In this document: piece after piece, positions 24,389 through 39,300 of the stretch
Layout of the letters: each line of letters begins with the position of its first letter
How positions within the stretch are numbered: the stretch's first letter is position 1
Origin: an uncultured Clostridia bacterium
Lineage (GTDB): Bacteria; Bacillota; Clostridia; Christensenellales; UBA1242
Length of the DNA: 64,000 nt
Direction: 5' to 3'
NCBI GenBank assembly: GCA_944350015.1
Contig: CALVNW010000001.1
Span: forward strand, 36,761-100,760
Position numbers and translations under genes: made by a program
The notes under the pieces: generated by a model
Told to the model about the DNA's origin: nothing
The model's database searches: none
The model's input: only the letters and a program-made list of their open reading frames with translations

Positions 24389-27300
24389 ATGAAAAAGTTT
24401 TTTGTCGGGTTCTTAAGTTTGTTTTGTATGTTCGGTGCGGTTTTGCTTACGGCTTGCGGTGGCAATAATGTCGAGCTGTCTTTATCGACCGAATTTGTTT
24501 CTATTCAGCTTGTGGAAGGCTCCACTAGCGAGCAGACCGTAACTGTAACAGTGTCTGGCGTCGATGACACTAGCATTCGAGCTGACGCGAGAGGTTACGA
24601 GGATAAGATAGATGTCAGACAGGAAAGTGTGGCAAATGGCAGAACGATCATTTATATCACTGGCAAAGAGGAAACTACTGACGGCTATGCCGAGGTTCAG
24701 GTTAGAACTCTTCAAGGCAACGTGACTAAAGTGATATATGTTGATGTTTATAGCCAGGTAAGCTCTATGGAGCAGAAAGAGGAAGAGACCACAAAGAAGA
24801 ATAACTACGCCATAAGGGGAGACAGCATTGAACTTATCGAAAACAATCTTCTTACATTCTATCCTTCACAAAATAGCAGACGCACAATCACTTGGACTCT
24901 TGCCGAGGGTACAAGTGGCGCGACGATTGAAGGCAACATCTTGACAATAGACTCTTCATACAATTCCGACCTTGCCTCTATCACTTTAATTGCAACAACA
25001 GAACTTGGAGTAAGTGCAGAGGTTGAACTTCCTGTAGTAGACAAGATTGAACAGGAGCTTGCTCTCTCTTGGTCATACAGTAGAGACACACAGGGCTATG
25101 AGCTAATAAGTAGCGACAATAACACCTTTACAATCGTACCAAATATTGCGAGCGACTTAAATTATATAGGTTACGTAAAACTACAATTTAATCAAGAGCT
25201 TGACGTAAGAGGCTATGCCCTTCTTAATGGCAGTCAAACAAGTGACCTAGTTGTAGAGGCGGATGGCGAAGATAATGACGGAAACAAAATCTTCTCAATC
25301 TATTCAAATAAGGCGCTTGACAATTCAAGCGTAAACCTCAACCGCGACTTTACTGTTTACTTTGAGGTTGGTTATAGTGAATTTGATTACAGCCTTTCAA
25401 CACTAGAGACAAACCCTATTCACGTAAATGTCAGAGAAAAGGTTAACGGCATCGTAATTTCAAATGAGGATGCCGATGATATCAAGGGTACAACACAAGT
25501 TTTGTACTCGGAATACAGCAACTCATATGGTCAAGAATATTTAGTTCAAGTTACGCCAACAACGGTAATTGGTGCAACTAGCAGATATTCTATTAGTTTG
25601 AGAATAACAAACCCTAATATTCCAACGGGTGGTCTTGCAAATGGATGTCCTGTAGAGTTTTGGTATCAAGATGTAAACAACAACAATATTTGGACACAAA
25701 TTCCACTCGAATATGATTCTGCACAAGGTATTTATACAACTCGCTCAAACAATACAGTATCAGTTAGCAGAATATTTATGAAAGCCTCCTCAAGCTTGAA
25801 CACACAGAACTTTGAAGGTATTGAGATTACTTTTAGAAGCGAGGATAACCCAGAGGTTACAAACACTTTTTACGCTCAACTTGTAAAGAGTGTATCGTAT
25901 GAAGATTTCACTTTTGAGGATGCCGACTTTAGGGTAGACTCAAGCGCATCTATAACAGACGTCAATATTACAAAGACCTTCGTTCTTCAAGGTCAAACTT
26001 CAGTTGAAGGACTTTACATAGTAAACAATAGTGACAATGTTTTGATAAGTGACCCTGCCTATATCACATCAACAAGTGACTCGGTAACTTTCTCAATCAC
26101 TTTGACGCTTAGAAGGGAAAGTTATGGGATAACAAGCCTTGACAGCTATCAAATTTGTCATAGAAATGGCTTGCAAAGTGAACTTTTTGATATAGATATA
26201 TTCTTGCCACTAAAAGACGCGACGGTATTATATGACGTAAGCGATATCAGCGACTCGGTGACTGATTATAAGACAAATAATTATTTATATGACAGCGAAG
26301 GTAATGTTATAAACGGCTCATTATATGGACTTTCTAGCATTATGATTAAAAATGGTTCAACAACACCAGTGCTTTATTCTTTCAATAAATCAGGTATTTA
26401 TCAAGCGCAAGCAAACATTGATGTTTCTTACTATGACTTTGTAGAAAGTGACACGATGGACCTTGCAACCTTCAAAGCCCTTATATCATCTCAAGCTGGT
26501 ATAATGGAAATTATAAATGGCGCAAGAGCAAATACAGAAAAGTCAAGCGATATTGCCTACTTTGCTCCAGATAATAACAGTATCATAACAAAAGGTGTTG
26601 GTTTTACGTATGCCGTTGTAACCTTCACAGGCAAAGGTGCGCTAGAGGATGCCGATGCTAATGGCAATGTAACTATAATTAAGATTATTTTAATTGAAAG
26701 TTACGTGTCACCATCTCGTATGAATGTAACGCCACTGAGCGACAGTCAAGTTAACCTCTATGCTTCAGATACAGTTGCAACTAGAGATGAGGCTTTAACT
26801 AAAAAGACAATCACCATCAACTTTGCAAATTCAGGCATAACCTATAAGGATATAGAAAACTTTGAGTTTGTTTCAACTGTAAAGGATTCAAGTGGCAATC
26901 CTATAATGACAAACAAATATGAAACAGAAAACTCTGTTTCTTGGGAAAACGGCAGATATTCAATAGATAAAATCACAATAACTGACTCATTTATCCGCTT
27001 TGATATTGTGACAAATTCAAACTTTGGTTCCTTCTCTTTCTTTGACGAACTTGAAGTGCATTATCAATTGCTTTTGGATGGCGAAGATGGCGAAACCGAA
27101 GTTTTAGATGTTATTTGGACAACAATCAACATTACAATAAGAAATGCTCAGCGCGTCACAAGTCTTAATTGGGAAAATAATGACGATGATGGCATATACT
27201 TTGAAATAGGTGATAGAGACCCTTACTATATCGTTCTTTCATCCTCACCAACAACGGCGAGAAACAACAATGTTACATATTTGGTGACAGATGAAAATGG

Positions 27301-30300
27301 TACAGTGCTTGATAATGACAGTTTTATAAGCGTAGATAATGAAGTTTCTTCTTCAATGGTGGGCTTATCTCTTAGCGATGCAATAGTGCAAGGTACAAGC
27401 GGTTATGTTTATCTATTGCCAGAAGATGCAGTTTATAATCAAAGCATTATCTATAATTATATTGACACAGACGGTACAGCTAAACAGGGACAAATAAGCG
27501 TAAGAGCGCTTGGCTCTATAAGAGATAACAATCAAACTTGGTTTGACTATTTGACAGAAAATGCCTTCTTCCTATCAAATACATCTTTAACTGGCGAGGC
27601 AGAGACTGTATACTTTGCGGACATTCTTATAAAGATTAAGGTTACAGTTGCAGATGGTACAAGCTTTGAATATGCATACAGAATTTATGACGAGGCTGGC
27701 TTTAACGGCATCAATCCAGAGCTTTACTACACAGTTATGAACAGCCTTAATATATCAAGCTCACGCCTTCAAATACCTGTATTCAATGGCGGACTTCAAG
27801 GTTATGACGATAGCATCACAGTAAACTTGAATGGCAATAACTTTGCAGGCGAAATTGGGCAAACTGCAGAGATTAGAAATATTACCTTTAGCGGTGATGT
27901 TACTGGACAAGGCTTTATTGCAAATGTCAATAATGGTACTATAAATAATGTTTCGCTTGATGTAAATCAAACCTATTCAAGCACAGTTTCTTATCAAGGT
28001 ACTGGCTTTGTCGGCGGACTTGTTGGCGTAAATAATGGCACAATTATAGCCTCATCAGTCCTTGGTGCAACAATAAGTGCAAGCAATGGCACGGTAGGTG
28101 GTGTTGCTGGTCAAAACAACGGCAGAATTGAAAGTTCAAGGGTAGAATTTTACAATCTTGCAGACAAGAATGACGCTGAAGGAACATTACAAAACTCTTT
28201 CGTGGGTGGCGTTGTCGGTGGTATCGTAGGTCAGGCAAACGATGGCTCAGTTATAGAGCGTACCTATGCTTATAACTATAATATTGACACCTTTACTACA
28301 ACTAATGCTACAGTGCTACTTGGTACAACTGTAGGAGCAATCGTAGGACAACTTGTTGGCGAGTCTACTATTTACTACTCATTTGCAGTAATTGATGGTA
28401 TATCAAACTATGCAGGCACCTTTGGTCAAGGCCCAACTTTAGGTAGCACTAGCATAGATTCAGACTTCTATTGGAGCTATTATTCAAATGGCGAATATAT
28501 AAGTCAGTTCTCTAATCAAAATAGTGCAAACCTTATAGCATCTGGAGAAAACTTCCACAGCTATGTAAATAACGGATATAGGCATTTTAGAGATTTATAT
28601 CAAGATGAAAAGGTTACAGACGTAACTTCAAATCAAATTCAAACGACTAAAGATGGCGACCTATACAAATCACTTGCAGTAGACAGCACAAAGGCAATTT
28701 TGTTTATCTATCAAATAGAGGAAAGCGTAGGAGACCTTTCGTCAAGTGAACAAAATGATTTAAACGAACTTAACACCATAAACCTTTCGCAGATAGTAGG
28801 TAGTCAAGGCTCAGACAATTTAATCATTACATCTTCCGACACTTCAATTATAAAAATAATTGGAAATTCTATTAGTATGCTTAAGAGTGGTGATGTAACT
28901 CTTACAATTTCATCAAAACACGATGTAAGCAATCAAAAGAATATTGCTATAAAGGTTATGCCTGCAATGTCGCAGATGATTATCTCATATACCGACAATT
29001 CAGGATACACCTACAACATTGAAGAAGGTTCTGTAACCCATCTTCAAAAAACAAAGTCAAGAGATTTCACCTTTGGCTATGAGGTTACAGGCGTATACCT
29101 TGGCTCTCAAGCAAATAGATACACTCTTGCACAAAACAATATCAACTTAACTTTAGATATTACTGTAAGCGGTGAGGGTAATGCGGTAAGCTATGAAAAG
29201 ATTAGTAATTCCATCTATAAGATTACTGCAAACAAAGATAGCGTTTCGTCACAATTAACCTTTAACCCTGTTGTAGTGACAGATGATAGCCAGCAAGCAT
29301 ATCAAGATGCAATCAACAGCGAGTTTTCAAAGTCATTCACAGTAAATCCAGTTGACGGAGTTATATCCTTCTATTATTCTGGCGAAAGCATACCACTAAC
29401 GCCATCTACAAATGGTGCGGTAAGAGTTGAAGTGCAAACCACAGCTCAAGGTGACAGAGAGAACTTAAGACCAGAAATCTCTTACAACAACGATGCTCTT
29501 ATTAGAACAAGAATAGACAAGCTTTCAAGTGGCGATGTGACAATCTATCGCTATACTCTTGCGAGCGACTATTCACAAGACCCAGACAATTACATTTTAT
29601 CGGCAACGGTAACACTCGTTGATGAAAGTTACAACTCATCGACAGGCATTTATAGTTTCATATTTGAGGTATCCTTCTCTGTATTTACAGGCTATCGTAT
29701 GCAGATTGACAGAGATATGACCTTTAATGTTTCATTTGTCAGTGACAGCGAAAGTGATAGCCTTGACACAACAGGTTCATTGACCCTGACGCTAACCAAA
29801 CAAAACTTTACAAGCGTTGATATGACCAACTTTAAAGTAGAAAGGTCAGTATGGGAACTTGTTAATGGTAGTTATACAACAACTCATACAAGAGGCGCTC
29901 AAGTTGGTGTTGTTTCACCAGGTAGCAGTTCAATTATGCAGATTACAGCAAACCCATCGTTTGCCCACTATGACTATATGGAACTTTCTTATAGCGGTTC
30001 AACTGTTTCTAGCGCTGTGAATTTTGAATTGTTATCTTCTATTGACGGGAAAAAATTCGTAAGAAACACAAGAGCTGATGTAGAGGCAAGGGCGAACACA
30101 ATTAGATTTACTCCATCCGATACTTCACTTGAAAAGGCAAATGGCATAATTTACTTTAGGGTGGCAGTAAACTCAACAGTCAATGTTGACACTATTTTAC
30201 AGTTCACCGCTTCCTTCTATGAAAGCGAAGGCAATTTGATTACCAGCGCTCACTACTACTTGACAATAAGCTATCTTGCAGAGCCAACAGTTACTATTGA

Positions 30301-33300
30301 CGGCTTGTCAACTGCATATCTTGCAGTAGGCTCATCGGTCGAAGTAGTTGTTCAAGTTCAAGAGGACCAAGTTGTTGATAGCCTCGTGCTTGACGGCGAC
30401 ACCTTGCAAGGAATTACTATATCATCGCTTAGCGAACCTACTATAGACCCTGTAACTCGCATCAAATCATATACAGCAACTCTTAATGCAACAGTAAATG
30501 CAAGCGTTGGCGCTCCAAACAATAGCTTTACCGTGCTTGCAAGGGTTTCTAGAACGCTCAATGGTGTGCAAGAGCAGAGAACCGCGCTTGCCAGCGTCAT
30601 TCTTGTAGACTTTAAACTTGACCAGTCAAGCATAAAAATTCAAGATGCAAACAATGGACAGTTGCAAGTTTGGGCTGGAGTAAGTAAGCAGTTTGATGTA
30701 GAATATGGGCTTTTGCCAGAAACTTACAACTATGACCAAAATGATGAAACAAGCGTAGAGCGGGTTCAAGAGTTACTGCAGGCAAGAGCAGACTTTTCAA
30801 TCAAACAATACTATGTTTCTACAAAGACTGTAGATGGCTTTACAAGTATTCAGTATGCAATCAACTATGATATTGCAAATAACACTCCGATACCTCTGTC
30901 AAAGAGATTATTCTATGTGGTTGATGGCAGTGAAATACCAGTTACCGACGCTTATGCAAGTACAGCTGGTGCAAGATTTAATTTTATAGATAATGATGAT
31001 GGCTCACAAGATGCAATGATTATAGGAGCAAGACTTGGCGAAAGCGTACAATTTAAACTTGAAACCTACATAGCTCTTGGTGACGGCAGTGAGCCTACAA
31101 CCTACAGCACATACTTTACTGTGACTGTGGAGGCATACTCAGACCCAGACATCCCTCTTACAATATCAAGTGCCTCTGAATTTGAGAACTTAAATCCAAG
31201 CGGATACTCTGAAATCACTCAAAACGATTATATACTAGCAAATGACATCGTTCTTGAAAACCACCAAGCTTTCAACACTTCGCTTATAAGGAGTCTTGAT
31301 GGTAATGGTTATACAATCTATATCAAGAGCTTTGCAACAACAACTTCGTCAAGCACGCTCAATATATCACTCTTTAATGAGGTGCTTGAGAGTACTACCT
31401 TAAAGAATGTGAGAGTTAATATCTATAATGGTGGACAATTGACGCTAGACCTTGCTCAGCTTGCAAATAATGTGCAGATAAACATAGCAGGTCTTGCCAT
31501 TACAAACTCTGGTACTATTACAAATAGTGAGGTGGTATCCTTCTATACCCAACAGTCAGCGATAGGAACGGTAGCAAATGTTAATGTACCAGCAACCACA
31601 AGACACAGCAATCCTTCTGGCTTTAATATTAAATTTATTAGAGGTAGCGGTACAACAGAAAATCAATATGTCAATCCAAACTCAACTTGGATACCTTCTG
31701 TTGCAGGCTTTGTACTTAATAATAGTGGAAGCATCACAAATTCAAGGGTAGGTGGTGATAGTATTACCATTCTTGGCGCCGAGAGACTTGCAACTGACGC
31801 TCAAGGCAATAGCTATAACTCTGGTTACACCTATGCATCAGAACTTGAACTTGGCACTTTCTATATAATAGGTCAAGGTGATATGGCAGGCTTTGTGCTT
31901 TCAAACACAGGCTCAATTGCCTCAAGTTTTGTAAAACAACTGGATATGGAAAATCAATCAAATACTACAAGTTATGACACCTCTGGATTTGTCAATTCGA
32001 ATAGTGGAAGTGTCATAACAAGCTATGTTGAAGGTGTAAAAAATCCAGAGAGTTACGAGGATAACCCTGATTATTCGAAATACGCATATGAAGGCTCGTC
32101 ATTAAAGTCTAATCTTGGTATTATTGCTGGTTTTGTTAACAACAATACAGGCAATATTAAAGATAGTTATTCAAATATCTTGATTTCAAATTCATCAATA
32201 GAATCAAGGGTATATCTTGCATCAGGTTTTGTCTATGAAAACTCTGGAACAATAGAAACTTGTTACTCGGCATCACAGATACAAAACTCTAGGTCAAACC
32301 AGATGAACTTCTCGGGTATAACTGCGGACGGTGAACCTCTTGCTTATGGCAACTATATCAATTGCTACTTCTTCAATAAGCTTTACTATGGCAGTGAGGA
32401 CAACTCAGACAACACAACTGAATCGCTCTATGCGACTGGTGCTGTGCTTATTCCAAATCCAGAACTTTCAACCTATTTCTATGGTTTTGCAATAGCAAAT
32501 GGAACAACTGACGGCATTTGGTCAATCAACGAAGAGGATGGAATTAAATTAATAGAGCCAAATATCAGGTCATATTCTCATAGATATATTCAATATATAG
32601 ATGAAGGCTCTGATTATACAGGTACAACAGCGCAAAATGATATAGGTGAGTACATTCTTCCTTATGCAACCCTTCAATTCACAGACTCGAGCAGAGAGAT
32701 AAACACAGCTCTTGGTTCGGCTAACAATCCTATTCTTATTGCTGATGCTCAAGATTTCATTGAGGTTACTGGAACTTCAACTTCAGTTAATATAAACAAA
32801 TATTTCAGCGACTACTCAATTTGGGGTACATATAGACTTGTAAGTGATATAGACCTTTCGTCAATAAGCGAATCTATAAGCTTGCCGTCAGTAACTAAGG
32901 CATTCTCAGGCACTCTCTATGGCAATGGCTTTACAATATCAAATCTTTCAATCGCCTCAGAGAGAAGCGGTGTCGCATACGGACTGTTCGCCTCAATGGA
33001 AAAGCGCAACGCTTCAAGCTCTTCGCCACTTATCAGTAACCTCATTCTAGAGGTCGACCAAGTTATGGCGGGCGACGTGTCTATGGTCGGCTCTATTGCG
33101 GGTTATATAAAAGACTCAATTATTGTAAGCGTAGAAATTATATTTAATGAAGATGCGACTGTAACTGGTCTTAACTTTGTAGGTGGTCTTACTGGACTTT
33201 CTTTTGGAGATAGCACGATTAAAAATATCGTAGTAACAAATCCAAATGTTGTGGCTGATAGATTTAATATAGATAGTAACGAAGAATATTTGACAGCATC

Positions 33301-36300
33301 TTCACTTGTAACTATGAGGAATAACATAAGCAATAACCTAAGCATATCGACGTCGATAGGCTCCACCCTTATGACCCAAATGCAAAGGTATTCTTATGCT
33401 GGTTCAGTAGTTGGTTTTGCTGACCACTTCGTATCATCTTTAAGGGGCTTTAATGTAGCTCAAGCTTCAGATTACTCAATAAACAACATTAGAGTTAGTG
33501 GTATTGTTTATGTTCAAGGTCAAGTTGCAGGCGGTGCAATCGGCTTGACAGGCTATCAAACTCACGTAAGAGACGCTGGAGTTGACATAACAGCCTCAAT
33601 GACCTCAAATCAATCACACATCATAGCTACAAAATACTTTGCAGGCGGTGTAATAGGACAGTCCTTTGGCGGACTTAGCAGAATTTACTCGCAATATGAC
33701 TCTTCTACTCAAGATTTAATAGAAAATAACTATACGGCTATCTTTAATGGGAATGAATCAGCAGAGAGAGGGGCAACAGATATATTCTATCTTGAAAATA
33801 ATGTATATGGTTATTCTCAGATGTATATAGGTGGACTTGTAGGTTATGTCGGAAGTGGAAAGATTGAAGTTTCTTATTCTAAACTTAATGTTGTAAGCTT
33901 AAGCGCGTCTTTTGCTGGCGGAATTGTTGGCGCACTTGATTTGACTGAAGTGTCTACATATCAGGCGGAGAGCGAACTTCTTTCTGGAAACGATGGTGTT
34001 TACACTAAATACTTTATTAATGAAGTTTATGCCTCTGGTGATGTTAGGGCAAAACAGGATGGTGACCCAAGTGTAATGACCGCAGGTGGTATCATAGGTG
34101 TATCTTATGGTCTTGGCAATAGCATTACATTGCTTGCTGTAAATGCAGTAAACCAAATTTTAAATTACGATTATGCAACTGATTCATATATTGAAGTTTA
34201 TGATGGTTTGAATATCTCGTATACAATAAAAACCAATCTTATTTTAGGTGCAGTATATAAGGATAAGGACTCTACAGAGCAAATCGTCTTGGTGGACGAC
34301 ATATCTGACGATGGTCATTATGAAAATTACTTCAATTTTATTAGACCGTCTGGCACAATGGGTGGTTCTGCACCAGAAGCCGAAGGTGACCTTCCGTCTG
34401 TTGCATATTATGAGTACTATGGATATAATGGAAATAAGACTTACTTAAATATCATAGGCAATATTACAGGTCAGGTAGGTAATGAGGATAATACCTTATA
34501 TAATAATGACTATGTATATGCAATTAGCGCTCCTTCAAACTATAGTAGCGCCTCAGTTGGACATCAATCAACTCAACAAGCATTCTTAAACTCTGGCGTT
34601 TGGGTGATATCAAACTGGGTACATCCTGGTGATGACTTGCTCCCAACAATCAGATATCAAAGGACATCAAGTTATATCTATCTCGATGACTACACCGAAA
34701 GCGTTGAGTATGTTTTTCAGTTGATGCAATCAGCTAATAGTGACTACACGATAGTAGTAAGAGGAAGAACAAGTCCTGATATTGAAGACTCATATTCAGA
34801 TATTAATCTTGAAGATTATAGAGATGTAGTTGACGTAGACTTAATGATTAGAGGCTTCCAAGGCTCATTAATTGGTAGCAATGAATATATTACAACTGAC
34901 GGTGAAGGCGGACGCAACCATAGAGTAAAAATTATTTCAAGCCAAAGTTTCATAGCGTCAACTGGCGCTGGCTTCTACTTAAATAACGTAGTAGTTGAAT
35001 ATGTGGATAATGGTGGCATTAAACTCACAACAAACACCCAAAATACAGCAGGTTTGTTCTCTATGAGCGCTTTAAATGAGGCGACGATTATATCTCTTGA
35101 TATGACCGTTTCTTCTCCAATAACGGTAACAAACAGCCCTCAAGTAAGCAGTAACGAATTGATTTTTGGATTACTTGCTCCAAGCATTGAAAGCTCTTCA
35201 ATGTCAAATGTAGATATTAAGGCTGAAGGCTTTAGCTCTACCGACTCGTTGGTGACATTAGACATTAATAAGAATAATACCAACAATAACACTGAAATTA
35301 TAACCGCGGGTATAATTGCAGGCCAGGCGATGCAGTCAAGCACATTCTCTATACTACAGCTTGATGGTATCAATATTGTTACAGATTCAAATTATTTAAC
35401 TATTGATGGTAATAATAAAGACTATTCAGCAATATACACTGGTGGCTATTTTGGCAAGATTGAAAGAACGGAAGAAGCACTTGAGGTGAGAATGAATATC
35501 TCAAGTATTACTCGTGATAGTTTGACAACCGATGGAAACCCTCAATTAAATGTTGTGGATGTTGGCAATGTTACAGAAGCCTATGTTGGAGGTTATGTTG
35601 GTTATAATAATGGCTTGAACTATCTTGGTACTTTCCAAGATGGCAACTTCCAAACTAATATTGATATAGTAATATCTTCAAACTCTTCAAGTGTTTTTGA
35701 AAATCTCTATACGGGCTTGCTTTTCGGTGCAATTGGTAGCAGTTCGGCTTTAGATAATGTAAACTTATACAACTCAAATTTCGAGGGTGGCTTATTCTTA
35801 TCGGACACAGTTACTATAGAAAATGTGTATGCAGGTGGATTTGCAGGTGAAATTAACAGTGTTATGTCAATTGGCAATATCACTTCTATAAACTATCAAG
35901 TTGCTGATATTGACATCCTTGAAGATAGCGCTGTAGATAACCTATCTAAAGATAGCTTTGACAGTAGTAGTTATAATGCTTACACGGTAAATATGGATGG
36001 AAACGCCTATGTAGGAGGAATAGTAGGTAAAATTAATACAAGATTTACCTTTACTGGAGGCTCTTCGGCGTTTACAAAAATAAACGAAAATGGTGAGGCA
36101 ATAAGACTTACTGGCTCTGGTAACCTTTACGTAGGTTCAGTCATAGGTTATGTAAATTCTACCGTTGCAAATACAAATGACCTTTCAGTCAACATTTATA
36201 ACAACATAGTCTCTAACGCTAGTTTTGTTGTTGTTCAAGATGATAATCCTGCAACTGTTGGAATTGGCGGTATAATAGGCTATATTAGTGGTGGCGATAC

Positions 36301-39300
36301 GGCGGGCGACAATGATAACAACTCAAGAGTTGCTATCGGCAGTTCAAACGCATCAATAAATTATATTGGTGCAACCTTCTTAAGTGCCGAAACGATTAAC
36401 TTTGGCGGAATTGTCGGCAATGTTGCTTTTGACAGTCCTAATGATATTGTAACTTTAACAAACACAGCTTATGGCGGTGCTCTTAAGGTGTTTGGCGAAA
36501 AGAGTAATGGCGGAGAAGTTGTGTTTGGTGGTTCGATAGGAAATGCTAGCGGAACTGCCAATGTGACGACTGGATATAACTTAAATCTTGTAAACAACTA
36601 TAACTATGGTGATGTGTTTGTAGAATATGACACGAACGCAAGTCTTAAAGAGCTTGGTTCTTACACCTTTGGTGGTTTGACAGGTATGATAGAAAGCTCT
36701 TATAGATTGTCTGCAAACAATAACTATTCACTTGTTTCAAGTCATAATACAAGATATGAAGAAGGAATGAATTCAATAGCAGGCGGTGATGTCAAGACCA
36801 TAACAAATAATGCTCTTTTTGGTAGTGGCGTAACGCCAGAGAATTCAAGCCTTTTAGACAACTACTATACTTATGCAGTTTCATTATGTCACGATGAACT
36901 TGGTACAGATATTGGTTATACCGTAAATTATCCAAGCGATGGTGCGGGATATAATGGTTCAACAACAAGCAAGAGTAGCCTTGGTGGCGGAACAGCATTA
37001 AATATGATATCCGCTTTCAATAGTAGTACTATACAAATATATGTAGGAGAAGGCTTGACAGAGGGACATAAGTTAAACCCAATTGTGATTAACAGCACAG
37101 AGACTGTTTTGGATGCAACTTACAAGCTTAATGGTATGACTTACTTCTACTTTGATGCAAACGCCACTCTTTCTACTAATCTAACTGCGCAGGTGCCAAA
37201 GGCATACAATGATAAGGGCGAAGTTATAAGCACGTCAACTGTTTCAGAGCTTGAAAACATAGCAATTATAGGCAATTCGCGCGAGATTAGTTACTATCTC
37301 GACAAAACTGTCGACAACCCACGTGCTATGATAGAAACTTTATCAGGGTTCTCATATGTATCTGGTCTTGTTGTAAATTCAGATGTTAATATTGATAGTA
37401 TAGAGGGTGACACCTCAAATTTTGCGGGACTTGCAAACTCAATGTATGACAATGCCATGGTTTATGCCGTACAAATTAAGGGTACAATAAATGTAGGCGA
37501 CTCAAGCGCACTTAATGTTGGCGGAATTGTTGCCAATATGTACTCAGGAAAGATACTCGATAGTTCTACAGCAGTTGATATAACCTATCGCGGTGGTAGA
37601 AGCGGTAATGTTTATGGTATAGCAGGCGTTCAGAATAATGGTAGCGTACAGAATAAACTTATCATAAATAGCTATTCAACAGGAAGTATAGATTCATATA
37701 TCTCTGCTAACATCTATGCTATTACAGATATAATAAGTTACACCAAACTTATTAACACATATACCATAGCAAAACTCAACCAAAATGACTATACAATATC
37801 AGGCAACCCAACAGGAGTGGTATCGATTTTTGGTCTTGGGGGGAATAGTGGAATCCCAGCCTCTGCAGTTATTAGCAATTCATACTATGACTATAACAGT
37901 GTCAATTATGATGTTACTGAAGAGGAACTTGTAGGTAATAGCAATTACGATTTGCGACGTCTAACAGATACTTTTGTTGGCGTTGATGGCTCAGCTCCAG
38001 AAATATTTGACTCTATGGACTATGATAAGGGTACGCTTGAGTTCAACTACGGCTATCCTACACATAAATATGGCTTTATGAAACTCTCGTCATTTGCAAC
38101 TATTGCAAATGAGGATACAAACGAAGGCACTACGTACGATGATTATGTGATTGAAAGAGAGTATCAACGCTTGCCAAATAACACCTCATTTGCAAGTTAT
38201 GAGAATAAAGATAATCTATATTTCTTGATTACAAGCGCAGGATATCTAGCACGAATAAGTGAACTAAATATAAAATATCAAACTATAGGAAGTGCTGGCG
38301 ATGACGGTACTGACGATGACGGTACTGGTGATGACGGTACTGGAGAGAGCGGAAGCACTGGTAGTGCCTATGACATAAGGCGCTTTGTACTTATGTATGA
38401 TATCGACATAGAGCAAACTCAATATAAGGAAGGTCAATGGATTAGCATTGCCTTTGGTACAAAAACAGTTACAAACGGAAATGATAACGTGACCGTTCAA
38501 GATGCTCTTATCGACTTTGACGGACAAGAACATACAATCAAGGGACTTAAAACCTCACTATTTGATTCAATTCAAGGGGTTGATGCAAATAATCGAACAA
38601 ATATTATGAACCTACGCTTGACAGAACTTAAATTAAAAGGCGGTGGCGCTCTTGCTCAGAAGATTGGAAATACAAATGTTTCAAATATGACTATATCTGG
38701 CTTTGTAGATACTAAAGAAAGTACTATGGAAGTTCTTCTTCTACATGCTTTCTTAGGCGGTCTAACTAATTGGGCGTATACTTCTACAATATCTACTATT
38801 ACAAACTTAATAAAGATAGATGTAGAAAACAGTGTTGATGATACTGCTGACGCTGTTGCAGTTGGAGGAATAGTTGGTCTTGTAGCGGACACCAAATTTA
38901 ATTACTGTTCAAACTATGGGCCAATCAATGTCGCAATAAACGAAGATAAGAAGGTTTATCGATACTGTGTTGGGGGATTGGCTGGAGCGACTTTTAGTGG
39001 AACTGAAATTAATTACAGTTATAACGCAACTTCAGTAATGGCAGGCTATGCAACCTCAACTAGCCTTTCAACAGTAGTAGGAGAGTATTATGTTGGCGGA
39101 CTTGTTGGGTATAGTGATGGTATTGATATCACAGGCAGTTACAACTCTGGAACCATCAAGTCAGGCAACAAATCTAATGGAGCGACAAGTGGCACTAGCA
39201 CAAAGGGCGTTTCGTATGGTGGTGGAATAATAGCCTATGCATCAAGTGCTAACATAACCGAGTGTTACAACGAAGGCACTGTCGAATCCCTCGGCACCAG

